A stretch of 64,000 nucleotides of DNA from positions 320,001 through 384,000 of the forward strand of contig CAVQNT010000006.1 in assembly GCA_963714275.1 (NCBI GenBank). Reading direction: 5' to 3'. This document shows positions 10,926 through 20,815 of this stretch, piece after piece. Positions within the stretch are counted from its first letter, which is position 1. Every line of letters starts with the position of its first letter. Origin of the DNA: Candidatus Bathyarchaeota archaeon (lineage in GTDB: Archaea > Thermoproteota > Bathyarchaeia > Bathyarchaeales > DTEX01). Made by a program: the position numbers and the translations under genes. The notes under the pieces are model-generated. The model searched no databases, had not been told where the DNA came from, and saw nothing but the letters and a program-made list of their open reading frames with translations.

Positions 10926-11249
10926 TTAGATGGTCCAGTAAGAATGAAGCTTCAAGTCTTTACTTTTCACTTCGGCTCTCACAAATTCCACGACGTCTTC
11001 GTCCCTTATGTAAAGGTTTCCTGACTTGTCAGTGTGCAACGGTATGCCTGTCTTTCTAAGGCGATTCCCAACTGCGTTATCAATAAAAACATATTGTTTT
11101 TCGACAGCTGGCAAGATAAGCCTGAGACCTGTAAGGTGTCTAGCTGATACTCCCCGTTCAATATTGTAAGCAATGCTTTTGGGAGCATGCTCGATAATTA
11201 GTCGCTTGAACTCATCCCACGAATTCACCCTAACAACTCTATCGTTCAA
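10926..11249 (-). CDS. Conserved hypothetical archaeal protein
   Basis: Intact ORF with RBS-like sequence upstream. Confidence 0.55.
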   Translation of the reverse strand: MNDRVVRVNSWDEFKRLIIEHAPKSIAYNIERGVSARHLTGLRLILPAVEKQYVFIDNAVGNRLRKTGIPLHTDKSGNLYIRDEDVVEFVRAEVKSKDLKLHSYWTI

Positions 11250-11324
11250 ACACGTGATTCCCTCATTCTATCGCAATCACAGACCGTATACAAGTCAGGT
11301 ATGACTGTAAGTCGAGTCAACTAG

Positions 11325-11582
11325 CTAGACCCTTAAAATAGCATCTTCGAGATTTTTCTCGTCAAAATCTGAAGGTATCTTGATTTTTCCATTTACAACC
11401 ACGCACGTGTCTTGTACTCCGTATTTCGACGCTTCAGATGACTTGATTGACTTTGTTTGAACTTCTACCGAATCTTTGAACTTCAACGTTACATGTACCA
11501 CTTTTTCCATGAGCGGCGCGAAATTGCAGACACAAGAGCCTAGAGGCACAAAGACTTCGACCTTGATTTTATTATTCTTCAT
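11325..11582 (-). CDS. Thioredoxin-fold protein (CVC motif)
   Basis: SCVCNF...ASKYGV...VVVNG. Confidence 0.65.
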   Translation of the reverse strand: MKNNKIKVEVFVPLGSCVCNFAPLMEKVVHVTLKFKDSVEVQTKSIKSSEASKYGVQDTCVVVNGKIKIPSDFDEKNLEDAILRV

Positions 11583-11585
11583 CTT

Positions 11586-12281
11586 TCACCATCCTTCCAA
11601 CATATAAACAATCATGATTATGCCAATTAAAATAAAGGCTATTCCAAAAATCTTTGTTAACCATTCACCTGCTTCAGAAATTTTTTGGCTTACTGCCTTG
11701 CGTGCAGTCGCCATCAAGACACTTAAGAAGACAACTGGTAAGGCATGACCCAGCCCAAACATCAAGAGTAGCAGACCACCGTGAAAGGGTGTCGGTGCAC
11801 TGAACATGGTTAATAATATGGCAGGCAAAACCAGTGATAGGGAACATGGACCTAAAGCGAAGGAGATGACTACCCCGAAAAGAAATGAACCCATTACATA
11901 GTTATATCTGGAAAATCGCGTCAACGAATTCCACCTCAAAGTATTTACTCGCTCAGTCAAAGAACTAGATTTTGAATGACGAATTTTTTTAAGTAAACCC
12001 AGATTGTTAATTCCAAAAAGAACAAGAAAAGCCCCTGAAATGCCAAGAAAAGTCGGTAGTTGGCTGCGTTTATTGGAATAAGAGAAGACACAGCGTAACC
12101 GAGAAAAAAGAAAACTAGACACATGGCTAAGGCAAGCTGACAGCCAACCACAAATCCCTTCCTTATATTCTTACTCATTCCAGTGGCATAGGTCAGATAC
12201 ACGGAAATGAGAGCGATGGAACAGGGTGAAAGAAAAGTTGTAATGCCTAAAAGGAACAAACCCGCATATTCACCTAACATA
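11586..12281 (-). CDS. ccdA: CcdA/DsbD-type cytochrome c biogenesis / disulfide reductase membrane protein, frameshifted
   Basis: TFLSPCS and LGPCS conserved Pro-Cys motifs in the two joined ORFs; FGLGHALP. Confidence 0.75.
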
Positions 12282-12897
12282 TTTATCAAACTCCAGAAGT
12301 TTATAGATTTTCGACGACAATGTCTCAGCTGCTGTTTCGTCGGTATACACCTGTACCACATTGAATTCTTTATCTATAAGAACAATGGTTCCATCATAGA
12401 TCGAGTATATTACATAAGCATCGATGATGTCCAATGTTCTCATCAGCATAGTCATTTCCCAAGTACCAAGTGATACCGTAATCTGTCGCGAATGAGTGCA
12501 AGGTCGGTAGTTGGGCATGTTGACACCACGACGGTTACTATAGTAACAGAATTATTCCACAATAAGTATTACATACAGTTTTTAATTGCTTAAGTTGATT
12601 GTAATTTATAACTTGATATTGTCCATAGCAGCCTAAAGTCATGAAATGAATCAGCGATTACATTTCCACTATATTGATTGAGCGAAAATTGAGTTCCGTT
12701 TATGTCTTTCAGAGAGAAGTTTGGAGCCGAGCCTGTTAGCGAGGATTGCTATTCGTTTCACCTCCAATTATTGGAGGAAGCTGAACTTGGTATTGCCAGT
12801 ACTCATACGCCTATGAATATTAAGGCTAAACAGACAAATTCCGACAATTATTTTGCCTTTAGGCCAACTTTTCGGTTTTTTCTTCTTTGATATTTTT
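12270..12897 (-). CDS. Membrane-anchored TlpA/redoxin-like protein, heavily frameshifted
   Basis: Manual minus-strand reading gives APNFSLKDINGTQFSLNQYSG and TIVLIDKE; upstream of ccdA. Confidence 0.55.
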
Positions 12898-13057
12898 CTT
12901 TTAAGCATAATTTTTGTTCCTCAGCTATTAGCGCGCGCCCTAAGCCTTCTCGTCGTTATCTCCATTCATGTCATTACTTTTCGAACAATCGATTTTCCTA
13001 TATTCATCCCAGTTATTGATTCGATAAATACCCAAGGCTCATATCACATAATTCGAT

Positions 13058-13479
13058 TTATATGACTCGTATCTCAGGTTCAATTACTAATTCAGCTTTG
13101 ATTGATTGGGCTACAAGACTGAACTTTTCTGCTAACTTTAAAGCACGTCTAACCGCCTCTTCTCTGCAGTTACGAACTTTTATCTTTGGTCTAAGCATCA
13201 TCTTTTTGAAAACTGAAGTGCGGTCCAGTAGATCCTCAACAAGCCTTCAGCCTCACACTCGTAGGAAACCAAGTCAATCTTCAATTTCTCAACACTCCAG
13301 ATGAACATCAACTGGAAACACATATTCAAAGCACCTACAAAGGCATCCTCAGGGGTAAGCACATTGGGTTGGCCATATAATGCTGCTGGAGCTGAGAAAT
13401 CCATTCGTGCGCCGTTGCTACACGTTATCTCCCCTATGTGACCTCCCTTCCAAATGGCTGTCGTCTTGTATGATGGCAT
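13058..13479 (-). CDS. OsmC family protein (SACOL1771-like), frameshifted
   Basis: TPEDAFVGALNMCFQL motif; C-terminus SLVAQSIKAELVIEPEI in another frame. Confidence 0.75.
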
Positions 13480-13507
13480 GTCTCCTCATCTACCTCTTGT
13501 GAAGATA

Positions 13508-13894
13508 TCATCCATAGCAGTCAGCAATCTCTTCAGCCACTTTTGAGGCTGCTTCTATTCCCTCTTCGTTTAGTTCTCGCCTTGGACTAGGATTCTTCAC
13601 ACCCCATTTTTTCAGCAGATCGGAAACCACTATTGAACATGCTGTCTTCCCACTGTATTTCTCGATGGCTTTCTTAGCACATCTCTTCTCGCAGCCATCA
13701 ACCGCTATGGTTGGGAAGTACTTGGCGAACATCCTCTCGCCCTTCTCTCCAATTGAGAAGAGAGGAAGACAGATCGTTACAGTATTATCAGGTCTCAATT
13801 TTTCTAAGACAAAGCGGGTGGCTATCCTAGAGATAGTTCCCTCGACACAGCATTCGCCACTGCAGGAGACAACTCCAATCTTAGGTGTGCTCAT
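13508..13894 (-). CDS. DGC-domain putative zinc-binding protein
   Basis: VVSCSG, TICL and IAVDGCEKRCA motifs. Confidence 0.85.
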   Translation of the reverse strand: MSTPKIGVVSCSGECCVEGTISRIATRFVLEKLRPDNTVTICLPLFSIGEKGERMFAKYFPTIAVDGCEKRCAKKAIEKYSGKTACSIVVSDLLKKWGVKNPSPRRELNEEGIEAASKVAEEIADCYG

Positions 13895-14301
13895 GAAACA
13901 ACACCTTTATGGTTCAATTCATCTACCTTCAATGCAATCTTCTCAGCCAATATTCTAGATAATTTTCGTCCATCCTCGTCAAGAAAGGTTACACCATTAG
14001 GTTTTAGGTTTCTGTTTTCCCTAAGAATGTCGACAACTCTGAAACTTGCGACTAATTTGGCGTCTGAGAGTTCAAGGTTTTTCTTTGCGCATTCATTAGG
14101 ACAGCCGTCCACGGCGATGCATCGATGAGATTTAACTGAGCGTCTGGCATCTTCATCGCCCATTACGAGTAGGGAGAGACAGAGGGTGTCTGTTTCATCT
14201 TTCTTCAGGTCTTCGACAACACAGTATGTTGCATCTCTACTGATGGTACCGAAGGACTTCCCTATGCCGCTGCAGGGAATAATTAAGACTGGATCAGACA
14301 T
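13891..14301 (-). CDS. DGC-domain putative zinc-binding protein (paralog)
   Basis: IPCSG, TLCL and IAVDGCPNECA motifs. Confidence 0.85.
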   Translation of the reverse strand: MSDPVLIIPCSGIGKSFGTISRDATYCVVEDLKKDETDTLCLSLLVMGDEDARRSVKSHRCIAVDGCPNECAKKNLELSDAKLVASFRVVDILRENRNLKPNGVTFLDEDGRKLSRILAEKIALKVDELNHKGVVS

Positions 14302-14304
14302 GTT

Positions 14305-14773
14305 CTATACCTCCTTCTTACTACTCTTCCTCAGTTCATCCTTAATCTTTGATTTCATCAACTCAAAGTATTTCTCTGCTGTCATGAGATGCTGCTTATC
14401 TTCTTCAAGATTGGAGGGAGAGATTAGGACAAGCCAGCCTTCTCCATAGGGATCCTCGTTAATTAATTCAGGCTTATCATTCAGTGTTGCATTGACTTCT
14501 GTAATGGTGCCGTCGAAAGGAGAGACTATTGACACGACTGCCTTTATTGTTTCGAAACTCGAAATTTCATCTCCTCGTCTTACAGTCTTTCCTTTTTGTG
14601 GAAGTTCCACGAATACGGCGTCTCCTCCTCGTCTTTGGAGAAAGTCAGTTATGCCGATTTTGGCTTTGCCATTTCTCAATCTCAATCCAGACATCATTCT
14701 CCGTGTAGAGAAGACCTTTTTTTACCGTGAAGATGAACTTGTCAGCTACTTCCTGATAAAAATCATCACTCAT
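14305..14773 (-). CDS. Glycine cleavage H-like lipoyl-carrier protein (frameshifts in 5' part)
   Basis: IGITDF, FETIKAV (lipoyl Lys), INEDPYGEGWL; N-terminus MSDDFYQEVADKFIF read manually from ATG 14773. Confidence 0.85.
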
Positions 14774-14801
14774 ACTGGTCACTTCAAAACATTATTTGGG
14801 A

Positions 14802-14989
14802 TTAAGACTGTTTTTTCTTTGCTTGACAATCGAAGCAGTAATCACTGTCAGAGTTTGTCCAGAAGACTTTACCGCAGTCTGGGCAGGTTGCTTTTCTTAG
14901 TAAGTCGTTCTTTGGAGGACAGCTGCTCGAAGTAGGTCTTGTAGGTTTTGTGTGCAGGCGCATCCTTTTTGTGTCTCGTTTTTAGACAT
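14802..14989 (-). CDS. Small Cys-rich protein (CAC plus CPDC/CFDC), not in the ORF track
   Basis: Manual reading across frameshifts: GCACTQNLQDLLRAA...LLRKATCPDCGKVFWTNSDSDYCFDCQAKKKQS*. Confidence 0.5.
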
Positions 14990-15138
14990 CTCTCTTAGCC
15001 TCTTTGGCGTTAGGAGATTATAGATATTAATATATTTAAATTTATCGAATTATTGCATTGAATCAAAATATTTAAATATATTGTACAAGGCAAGATAGTA
15101 TTGAAGAATTTTACTGATGTGCAACGAAATGCAGACTA

Positions 15139-15550
15139 ATGGAGAAGCAAAAGGAGCACTAAAAGGCTTGAGAGGCTTGTCTGCTCAGGTTTACGACCAG
15201 AAGAGGACCTGGAGAAATACGCGATTGAACTGAAGACTATGGCTGATGAAGCAACAGATGAGAAAACGATTGATACTAAGACACGACTCTTAAAGGCGCT
15301 GGCCAATGAAACGAGACTGAAGATGTTGAAACTCCTCAGCAAGAGGGAAATGTGCGTCTGTGAGTTGACAGTCGCCTTAGACTTAACCCAGCCAACTGCA
15401 TCCCATCATCTCAATATACTGGAAAATATGGGGTTGATAAAGGACAAGAAGAAGGGAAAGTGGGTATTCTACAGTGTTACCAACCCTGAATTAACCCAAC
15501 ACTTCTTCGACTTCCTAGGATTAAAAAGTAAATCCAAAAAAAGATTCTAG
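15139..15550 (+). CDS. arsR: ArsR/SmtB family As(III)-responsive repressor
   Basis: ALANETRLKML, EMCVCEL metal-binding box, SHHLNIL and GKWVFYS; upstream of acr3 (start uncertain). Confidence 0.85.
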
Positions 15551-15643
15551 TTTTTCATAGCTCAATAGTAGAAATCAATAGATTTAAATATTTAGATATG
15601 ATAAGTCTAGCTAAATCCATGATTGTAAGAGGAATCTTAGTGA

Positions 15644-16679
15644 ATGGCATCCGCAACTCAAGAAACTGAAGAAGTAACTCTCGGTATTTTCGAAAAATAT
15701 CTCACGCTATGGATAGCAATATGCATCGTCGTTGGTCTACTCTTAGGCAGGTTCTTACCCCAGTTTGGTCAGTACTTAGACTCTCTGAAGTTCGGTCAGA
15801 TATCGATCCCCATCGGCATACTTCTCTTCCTCATGATGTATCCGACCGTTGTCGGCATCAGCTTCAGCGACGTCAAGAAGGCGACCAAGTTCCCAAAGCC
15901 CATGCTAATCACAATAATCGCCAACTGGGTTATAGCCCCACCACTAATGGCACTCTACGCAAACTTTTTCCTCAAAGGAAACCCACAATTCATCGCAGGC
16001 GCAATTCTTCTAGGGATTTCGCCATGCACCGCCATGGTCCTCTGGTGGATAAAGATGGCTCGAGGCGACCTCGGCCAAGGCCTAGTAAACACGGCAATCA
16101 ACGCCCTTCTTATGATTGCACTCTACGGCACCGAAGCTGCCTTCTACTTGGGGGTCAGCAGTATACCTGTCCCTTGGGACCTTATCGTTTGGAGCGTCAT
16201 ACTCTTCATAGCTGTCCCAGTAAGCCTCGCAGCACTCACCAGAAGGACTCTTCTACTTAGCAAAGGCGAGGCTTGGTTCGAAGGACGATTCAGACCAATA
16301 CTTAGGAAAAATCTCGATCATAGCCCTACTCACAACCCTCATAGTCATGTTTTCACTGCAAGGAGAGATAATTCTCACCCAACCTCTCACAGTCGCTCTA
16401 ATCGCCGTTCCCCTCCTGGTCCACTACGCATCGATGATAGCTATCACTTATGGTGCATGCTGGTTTACGAATCTTGACTATAAATCCGCAGCACCCACCG
16501 TTCTCATTGGCTCAAGCAGCCATTTTGAGGTTGCGATCGCTGTCGCTACAACCCTCTTCGGTCTAGGATCTGGTGCTGCTCTAGCCACCGTAATAGGCCC
16601 TTTGATGGAGGTACCCCTTATGATTTCACTAACGAAGTTCTCTGGCATACCAGAGGCAAATTTCCCAAATCTAAACTAG
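15644..16679 (+). CDS. acr3: Acr3 arsenite efflux transporter (frameshift near 16310)
   Basis: FEKYLTLW, LMMYP, SPCTAMV, SHFEVAIAVA and GPLMEVP motifs. Confidence 0.9.
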
Positions 16680-16725
16680 GAAAATAATTAAAATTTAAAT
16701 AGAAGGGAGAAAAAGGTGAGAATTT

Positions 16726-17484
16726 ATGGATAAAAAGAAAACAAAAAATGTTGTTAAAGAGAGATATGCATCAATTGCTCAAACTAAAGGTTCCTGTTGC
16801 TCATCCTCCTGCTGCGATACTAGAGATCTCACTGAAATCGGGAAAAAAGTAGGATACACTGAAGCCGATTTGAGAAACGTGCCTGAGGCTGCGAACATGG
16901 GTCTTGGCTGTGGTAACCCAGTTGCATTGCGTCTCTTAAGAAAGGAGAAGACTGTCCTAGACCTGGGTTCTGGAGGCGGAATCGATGTCTTTCTTGCAGC
17001 CAAGAAAGTCGGGTCCAAGGGAAAGGTCATCGGTGTGGACATGACGGATGCGATGGTTAAACGAGCTAAATTGAATGCTGTCAAGAACGGTTATAAAAAC
17101 GTCGAGTTCAGACTGGGCGAGATTGAGAAGCTTCCCATTGACGATGAATCAATAGATGTTATCATCAGCAACTGCGTCATCAACCTCTCAACAGATAAAG
17201 ATCAGGTATTCAGAGAAGCTTATCGCGTCCTGAAGACGGGTGGTAGGCTCATGGTCTCAGATTTGGTGACTGAGGGTGAGCTTCCAGAAGAGGTACGGAA
17301 AAGCTTCGACGCATGGGCATGCTGCATCGGTGGCGCCCTAGAGAAGCAACAGTATCTGGAAAGTATCAGGAAAGCAGGTTTCAAAGACGTTCAAATACTC
17401 TCAGAGGTAGCCTACGATATTGATGTATCTAGAGAGTTGAATGGAAAGATAACGAGCGTTCATGTTGAAGCCTACAAGAAGTAG
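16726..17484 (+). CDS. arsM: Arsenite S-adenosylmethionine methyltransferase
   Basis: SCC..CC, GLGCGNP, LDLGSGGGID, ISNCVINL and WACCIGGA motifs. Confidence 0.92.
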   Translation: MDKKKTKNVVKERYASIAQTKGSCCSSSCCDTRDLTEIGKKVGYTEADLRNVPEAANMGLGCGNPVALRLLRKEKTVLDLGSGGGIDVFLAAKKVGSKGKVIGVDMTDAMVKRAKLNAVKNGYKNVEFRLGEIEKLPIDDESIDVIISNCVINLSTDKDQVFREAYRVLKTGGRLMVSDLVTEGELPEEVRKSFDAWACCIGGALEKQQYLESIRKAGFKDVQILSEVAYDIDVSRELNGKITSVHVEAYKK

Positions 17485-17702
17485 ATGGCAACAAAAAACG
17501 TGCGTAATAGACGAGTTATACGCTACTAACATCGTCTTTCACAATAGCTTGCTAACCGTTAATTGAGCCTTTTTACTAGCTCACTACAGATTTTATGACT
17601 CTTACTTTAAGATAAAGACTTTAAGATGCAGAATCATAGAGTCCTGATTATAGATTATTTCGCCAAAATAAGTTAAATATAGTCTTATTTACATAGTTTG
17701 TT

Positions 17703-18053
17703 ATGCCCTACTGCGACAGTGACGATGTCCGCCTAGTTTGTGGCGTCGCAGAGAACGTTATCAGCAGCGGAGACATCGGTGGACTGATTGTTTACAGCGA
17801 TCAGGAAATCGATGACATTATAGGCAGTAGTTTCGGGGAGTCTGTGCCTACACGGATTAACCGTTTGTCGGCTCTTTTGACGTCTATCCAGATTTATAGT
17901 CGCCCTGACCTTCGTTTCCGTCTTGGACAAGCTGGCATAAACGAGCAGCAATTAGAGAAGAATCTTGAACGTTGGCAGGCTGAAGCTGACGAGATTTTCG
18001 AGTTTTACAGTGATGATGAAGGTTCTGGAGAGTTCAGGGTGGCTCAGGCATGA
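17703..18053 (+). CDS. Head-tail adaptor (gp6/gp15-like)
   Basis: MPYCDSDDV N-terminal motif; virion operon resumes here. Confidence 0.6.
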   Translation: MPYCDSDDVRLVCGVAENVISSGDIGGLIVYSDQEIDDIIGSSFGESVPTRINRLSALLTSIQIYSRPDLRFRLGQAGINEQQLEKNLERWQAEADEIFEFYSDDEGSGEFRVAQA

Positions 18054-18502
18054 CGGACCTTTCAGAGGTAAAACAGAAAATCGTCGACATCCTCCTGGAA
18101 GATGATACTCTCAGCACACTTCTCAGCGTGGATCCTGCTGGAGACGTGCCTATCTATTACGGTTGGCAGCAGGGCAAACACCCCGTTGTTCCAAGCGTAA
18201 CCGTGACTGACATTGCTGAGTCTGGAGAGGTCTCAGGCCTTAATGATGGTTTTGACGGGACAACCCGTTATGAATGGTCTTACGTGGTAGTCCAGATTGA
18301 CGTCTGGGCGCCTGATGAAGCCTCGAGAGACGCTTTATCAGCTCAGGTCCGTAAGGCTATGCTTTTAGCGGTCGTCGAATTCACAGGCCTAGGAATGTCT
18401 TTTCTTTCTTCAGGCATCGCTGTCTTGAATGAGCCTAACGAGCTTGTTTTCCGTCATAGTATCCGCTACACTATTTTTTATCAATTGGAGGCTTCAGTTT
18501 GA
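18050..18502 (+). CDS. Tail terminator/completion protein (gp17-like)
   Basis: VQIDVWA motif; position before the tail tube. Confidence 0.65.
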   Translation: MTDLSEVKQKIVDILLEDDTLSTLLSVDPAGDVPIYYGWQQGKHPVVPSVTVTDIAESGEVSGLNDGFDGTTRYEWSYVVVQIDVWAPDEASRDALSAQVRKAMLLAVVEFTGLGMSFLSSGIAVLNEPNELVFRHSIRYTIFYQLEASV

Positions 18503-18622
18503 GAAGACTTATTCGAGCTTCACTGCTTGGCGGTTTGATTCTTTTGGACGCTCGAGTTGCTTTAATCGCAACAGTCGGCGTGTCGTCAGGGTTATTGATT
18601 AAAAAATGGAGGAGGGAGATAC

Positions 18623-19073
18623 GTGCAAACAAAAAATAAAGTTGTGACTACACTTGTCTTAATTGCTTTATGCTCTTGTGTTGCGGTAGGCGTTTATGCT
18701 GCAGTTCAATATCAAATTTCGATTACTGGAACAGGCAAAATAGTTTCATTAAGTATCGAAATTTACAGCGACCAAGCCTGCACCACGAAGCTATCAACAA
18801 TTGATTGGGGAAGCTTCACTCCTGGACAAACAAAAACTGTAACCTGTTATTTGAAAAGCACGTCGACAATTGATTCTACTCTTTCAATGTCGACAGGAAG
18901 TTGGAGTCCGTCTTCTGCAGTCGAGTTACATCACTCTTTCGTGGAACCGTGCTAGTTACAAGATTACGTCAGGCGAGGTTGTTTCTGCAACTTTGACCCT
19001 AACAGTTAGCCAGTCAATCACGGGCATCTCGAGCTTCAGTTTCACAATCACAATCACGGCGACGGAGGCATGA
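18623..19073 (+). CDS. Secreted Ser/Thr-rich Ig-like protein (frameshifted)
   Basis: Signal-like N-terminus; IDWGSFTPGQTKT...FSFTITITAT. Confidence 0.55.
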
Positions 19074-19077
19074 TGAA

Positions 19078-19458
19078 GTGTTAGCATCCTTAGAATCTCC
19101 TCAGACTATTGCTGCGATCCTTGGCTTCAGCTTCGGCTTCCTTTACGGAGAAGCCTTCAGCAAGTTTGACCAGGCAGTCAAATACGAGAACACTTGGTAT
19201 GAGAACCTTAACCCTTTACTCAAGTGGTTCATAGCTAGCCTGCTTGACGCTAACCACCACTTCCAATACGGGCTTGTCTTGATGTTGCTCACCTACCTTT
19301 ACACTTTGCCTCCCTTATGGCCATTGGTTCTGTGGTGGGCTGGAGCCGGTCTCGTAGTCTCTGATTGGAAAGACTACCAGTATGTCCTGAAGCGGATGGG
19401 GGTTAGATTCAAATTCACAGTCATCAAAGTTCAAGATGATCAAGATAAAAAAAATTAA
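19078..19458 (+). CDS. Membrane protein
   Basis: Three hydrophobic segments; HHFQYG motif. Confidence 0.55.
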   Translation: MLASLESPQTIAAILGFSFGFLYGEAFSKFDQAVKYENTWYENLNPLLKWFIASLLDANHHFQYGLVLMLLTYLYTLPPLWPLVLWWAGAGLVVSDWKDYQYVLKRMGVRFKFTVIKVQDDQDKKN

Positions 19459-19948
19459 TGGAGGAAAAAAAGAAAATGCCAGTCTATGTCGGAAAAAACG
19501 TTGCGGTATACATAACTGAAGACAGTAGCGGAGACATGGGCGCCTTCGTTGCTCAGGAAGTAACGATTGAGCCTAAACAGGCAGTTGAAGGCCTGGATGC
19601 TCTCGGAAGCGACACAATCGAAGAGTGGGCTGCTGGACTCAAAACCTACGAAGGAACAATCAAAGAGCCATTGATGAAGTCGGAGAAGACGGAGAAACTC
19701 AGTTCGAAAGAATGTCAGCCTTGCAGGAAGACCTCGTGGAATATGAGATGCAGCTGAAATTCAGTAACCCAAGCGGAGACATCAGCATCAGCTTCACAGG
19801 CGTAATCTTCCCAGACGTGTCTGTTTCAAGTCCTAAGAACAAGCCCGCAATGGTTACGACAAGGTTCAGAGCGAAAACCGCAGCGGTCGACGAGCAGCTT
19901 AGGAGAATTCTCTCTTGGAGAAACAACTATCCTTCACTGACGTCTTAG
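19458..19948 (+). CDS. Major tail tube protein (frameshifted; probable start 19476)
   Basis: VYVGKNV...GLKTYEGTI...FTGVIF...FRAK; position before the chaperone. Confidence 0.6.
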
Positions 19949-20459
19949 CCAAAACTGAAGTTATGCGGAAACATAGCGTCTATGTTGAGGAGCTAGGCGG
20001 ATCCATCCCCTACTGCGACCTGACAGTTGAGGACTTCGTGGAAATCGCTAAAAACAAAAATGAGGATCCGCTTGAACTAACAATAAAACTCTTCTTTAAA
20101 GCTTGGCATCACGCAGACCCTAAAGTTACTTTGGAAGCTGTGAGAACCAAGATTCCCTTACCAGTCATCCTGAAAATCGTTAAGGAAATTGTGCCAGGAC
20201 TCGTTCAAACAGTCCCTTTAGGGAATTCGCCCGCTCCGAAGTAGGAAGACGAATCTACCAACTGAAGCGTCTCGGCTTCACCGTCCCCCAGATCCTAAAG
20301 ATGCCGTGGAGTCAAGCGACGTTCTGGATGGAAGCAATAGCCTACGAAAACGAACTTTGGACTTCCAGAGACGTCTCTGGAAGCCAAGAGAATTCTGAAG
20401 AAGGCTACGATCTAAACAGCTTCGCAAGGACTTTACGGAAAACAAAGGTGAAAAAATGA
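19915..20459 (+). CDS. Tail assembly chaperone G (to 20244) and GT via -1 frameshift (to 20459)
   Basis: In-frame slippery heptamer C CCT TTA at 20214-20220; the -1 frame is open for 81 codons to TGA 20457-20459. Confidence 0.65.
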
Positions 20460-20815
20460 GCTTGAAACTCGAGATAACAGGTGTCGACAAACTGGTTGAA
20501 GCTCTTAATCAGATGCAAGACTTGAAAGAACCCGTAGCTGACGCTATGGAGCTGTATCTCGAAAAGGTAGTTTCTGACGCTAAGTCCATTGTGCCCGTGA
20601 GAACTGGCACCCTTCAGCGAAGCATCATGTTCTCAGGCGGACGAGGAGAATACACTGTCGGCAGCCGAGTTAACTATGCGTCTTACGTTGAGTATGGGAC
20701 TTCGAGGATGCGTCCTCAACCCTTCCTTACTCCTGCTCTTTTATGGAATATTCCAGCGTTGAAAGATGCCCTGATGAATATTGTTAGCGAGTGGTTAAGG
20801 AGGAGGGGCGAATGA
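20456..20815 (+). CDS. HK97 gp10-like neck protein
   Basis: PVRTGTLQRSI, YASYVEYGTSRMRPQPFLTPA. Confidence 0.85.
   Translation: MSLKLEITGVDKLVEALNQMQDLKEPVADAMELYLEKVVSDAKSIVPVRTGTLQRSIMFSGGRGEYTVGSRVNYASYVEYGTSRMRPQPFLTPALLWNIPALKDALMNIVSEWLRRRGE

Noticed and set aside
14305-14773. Glycine cleavage system
   Set aside because: Only an H-like protein is present; P, T and L subunits are absent from the window.
15020-15600. ATTTAAAT palindromes as ArsR operators
   Set aside because: They cannot be distinguished from TATA boxes or background in AT-rich intergenic DNA.
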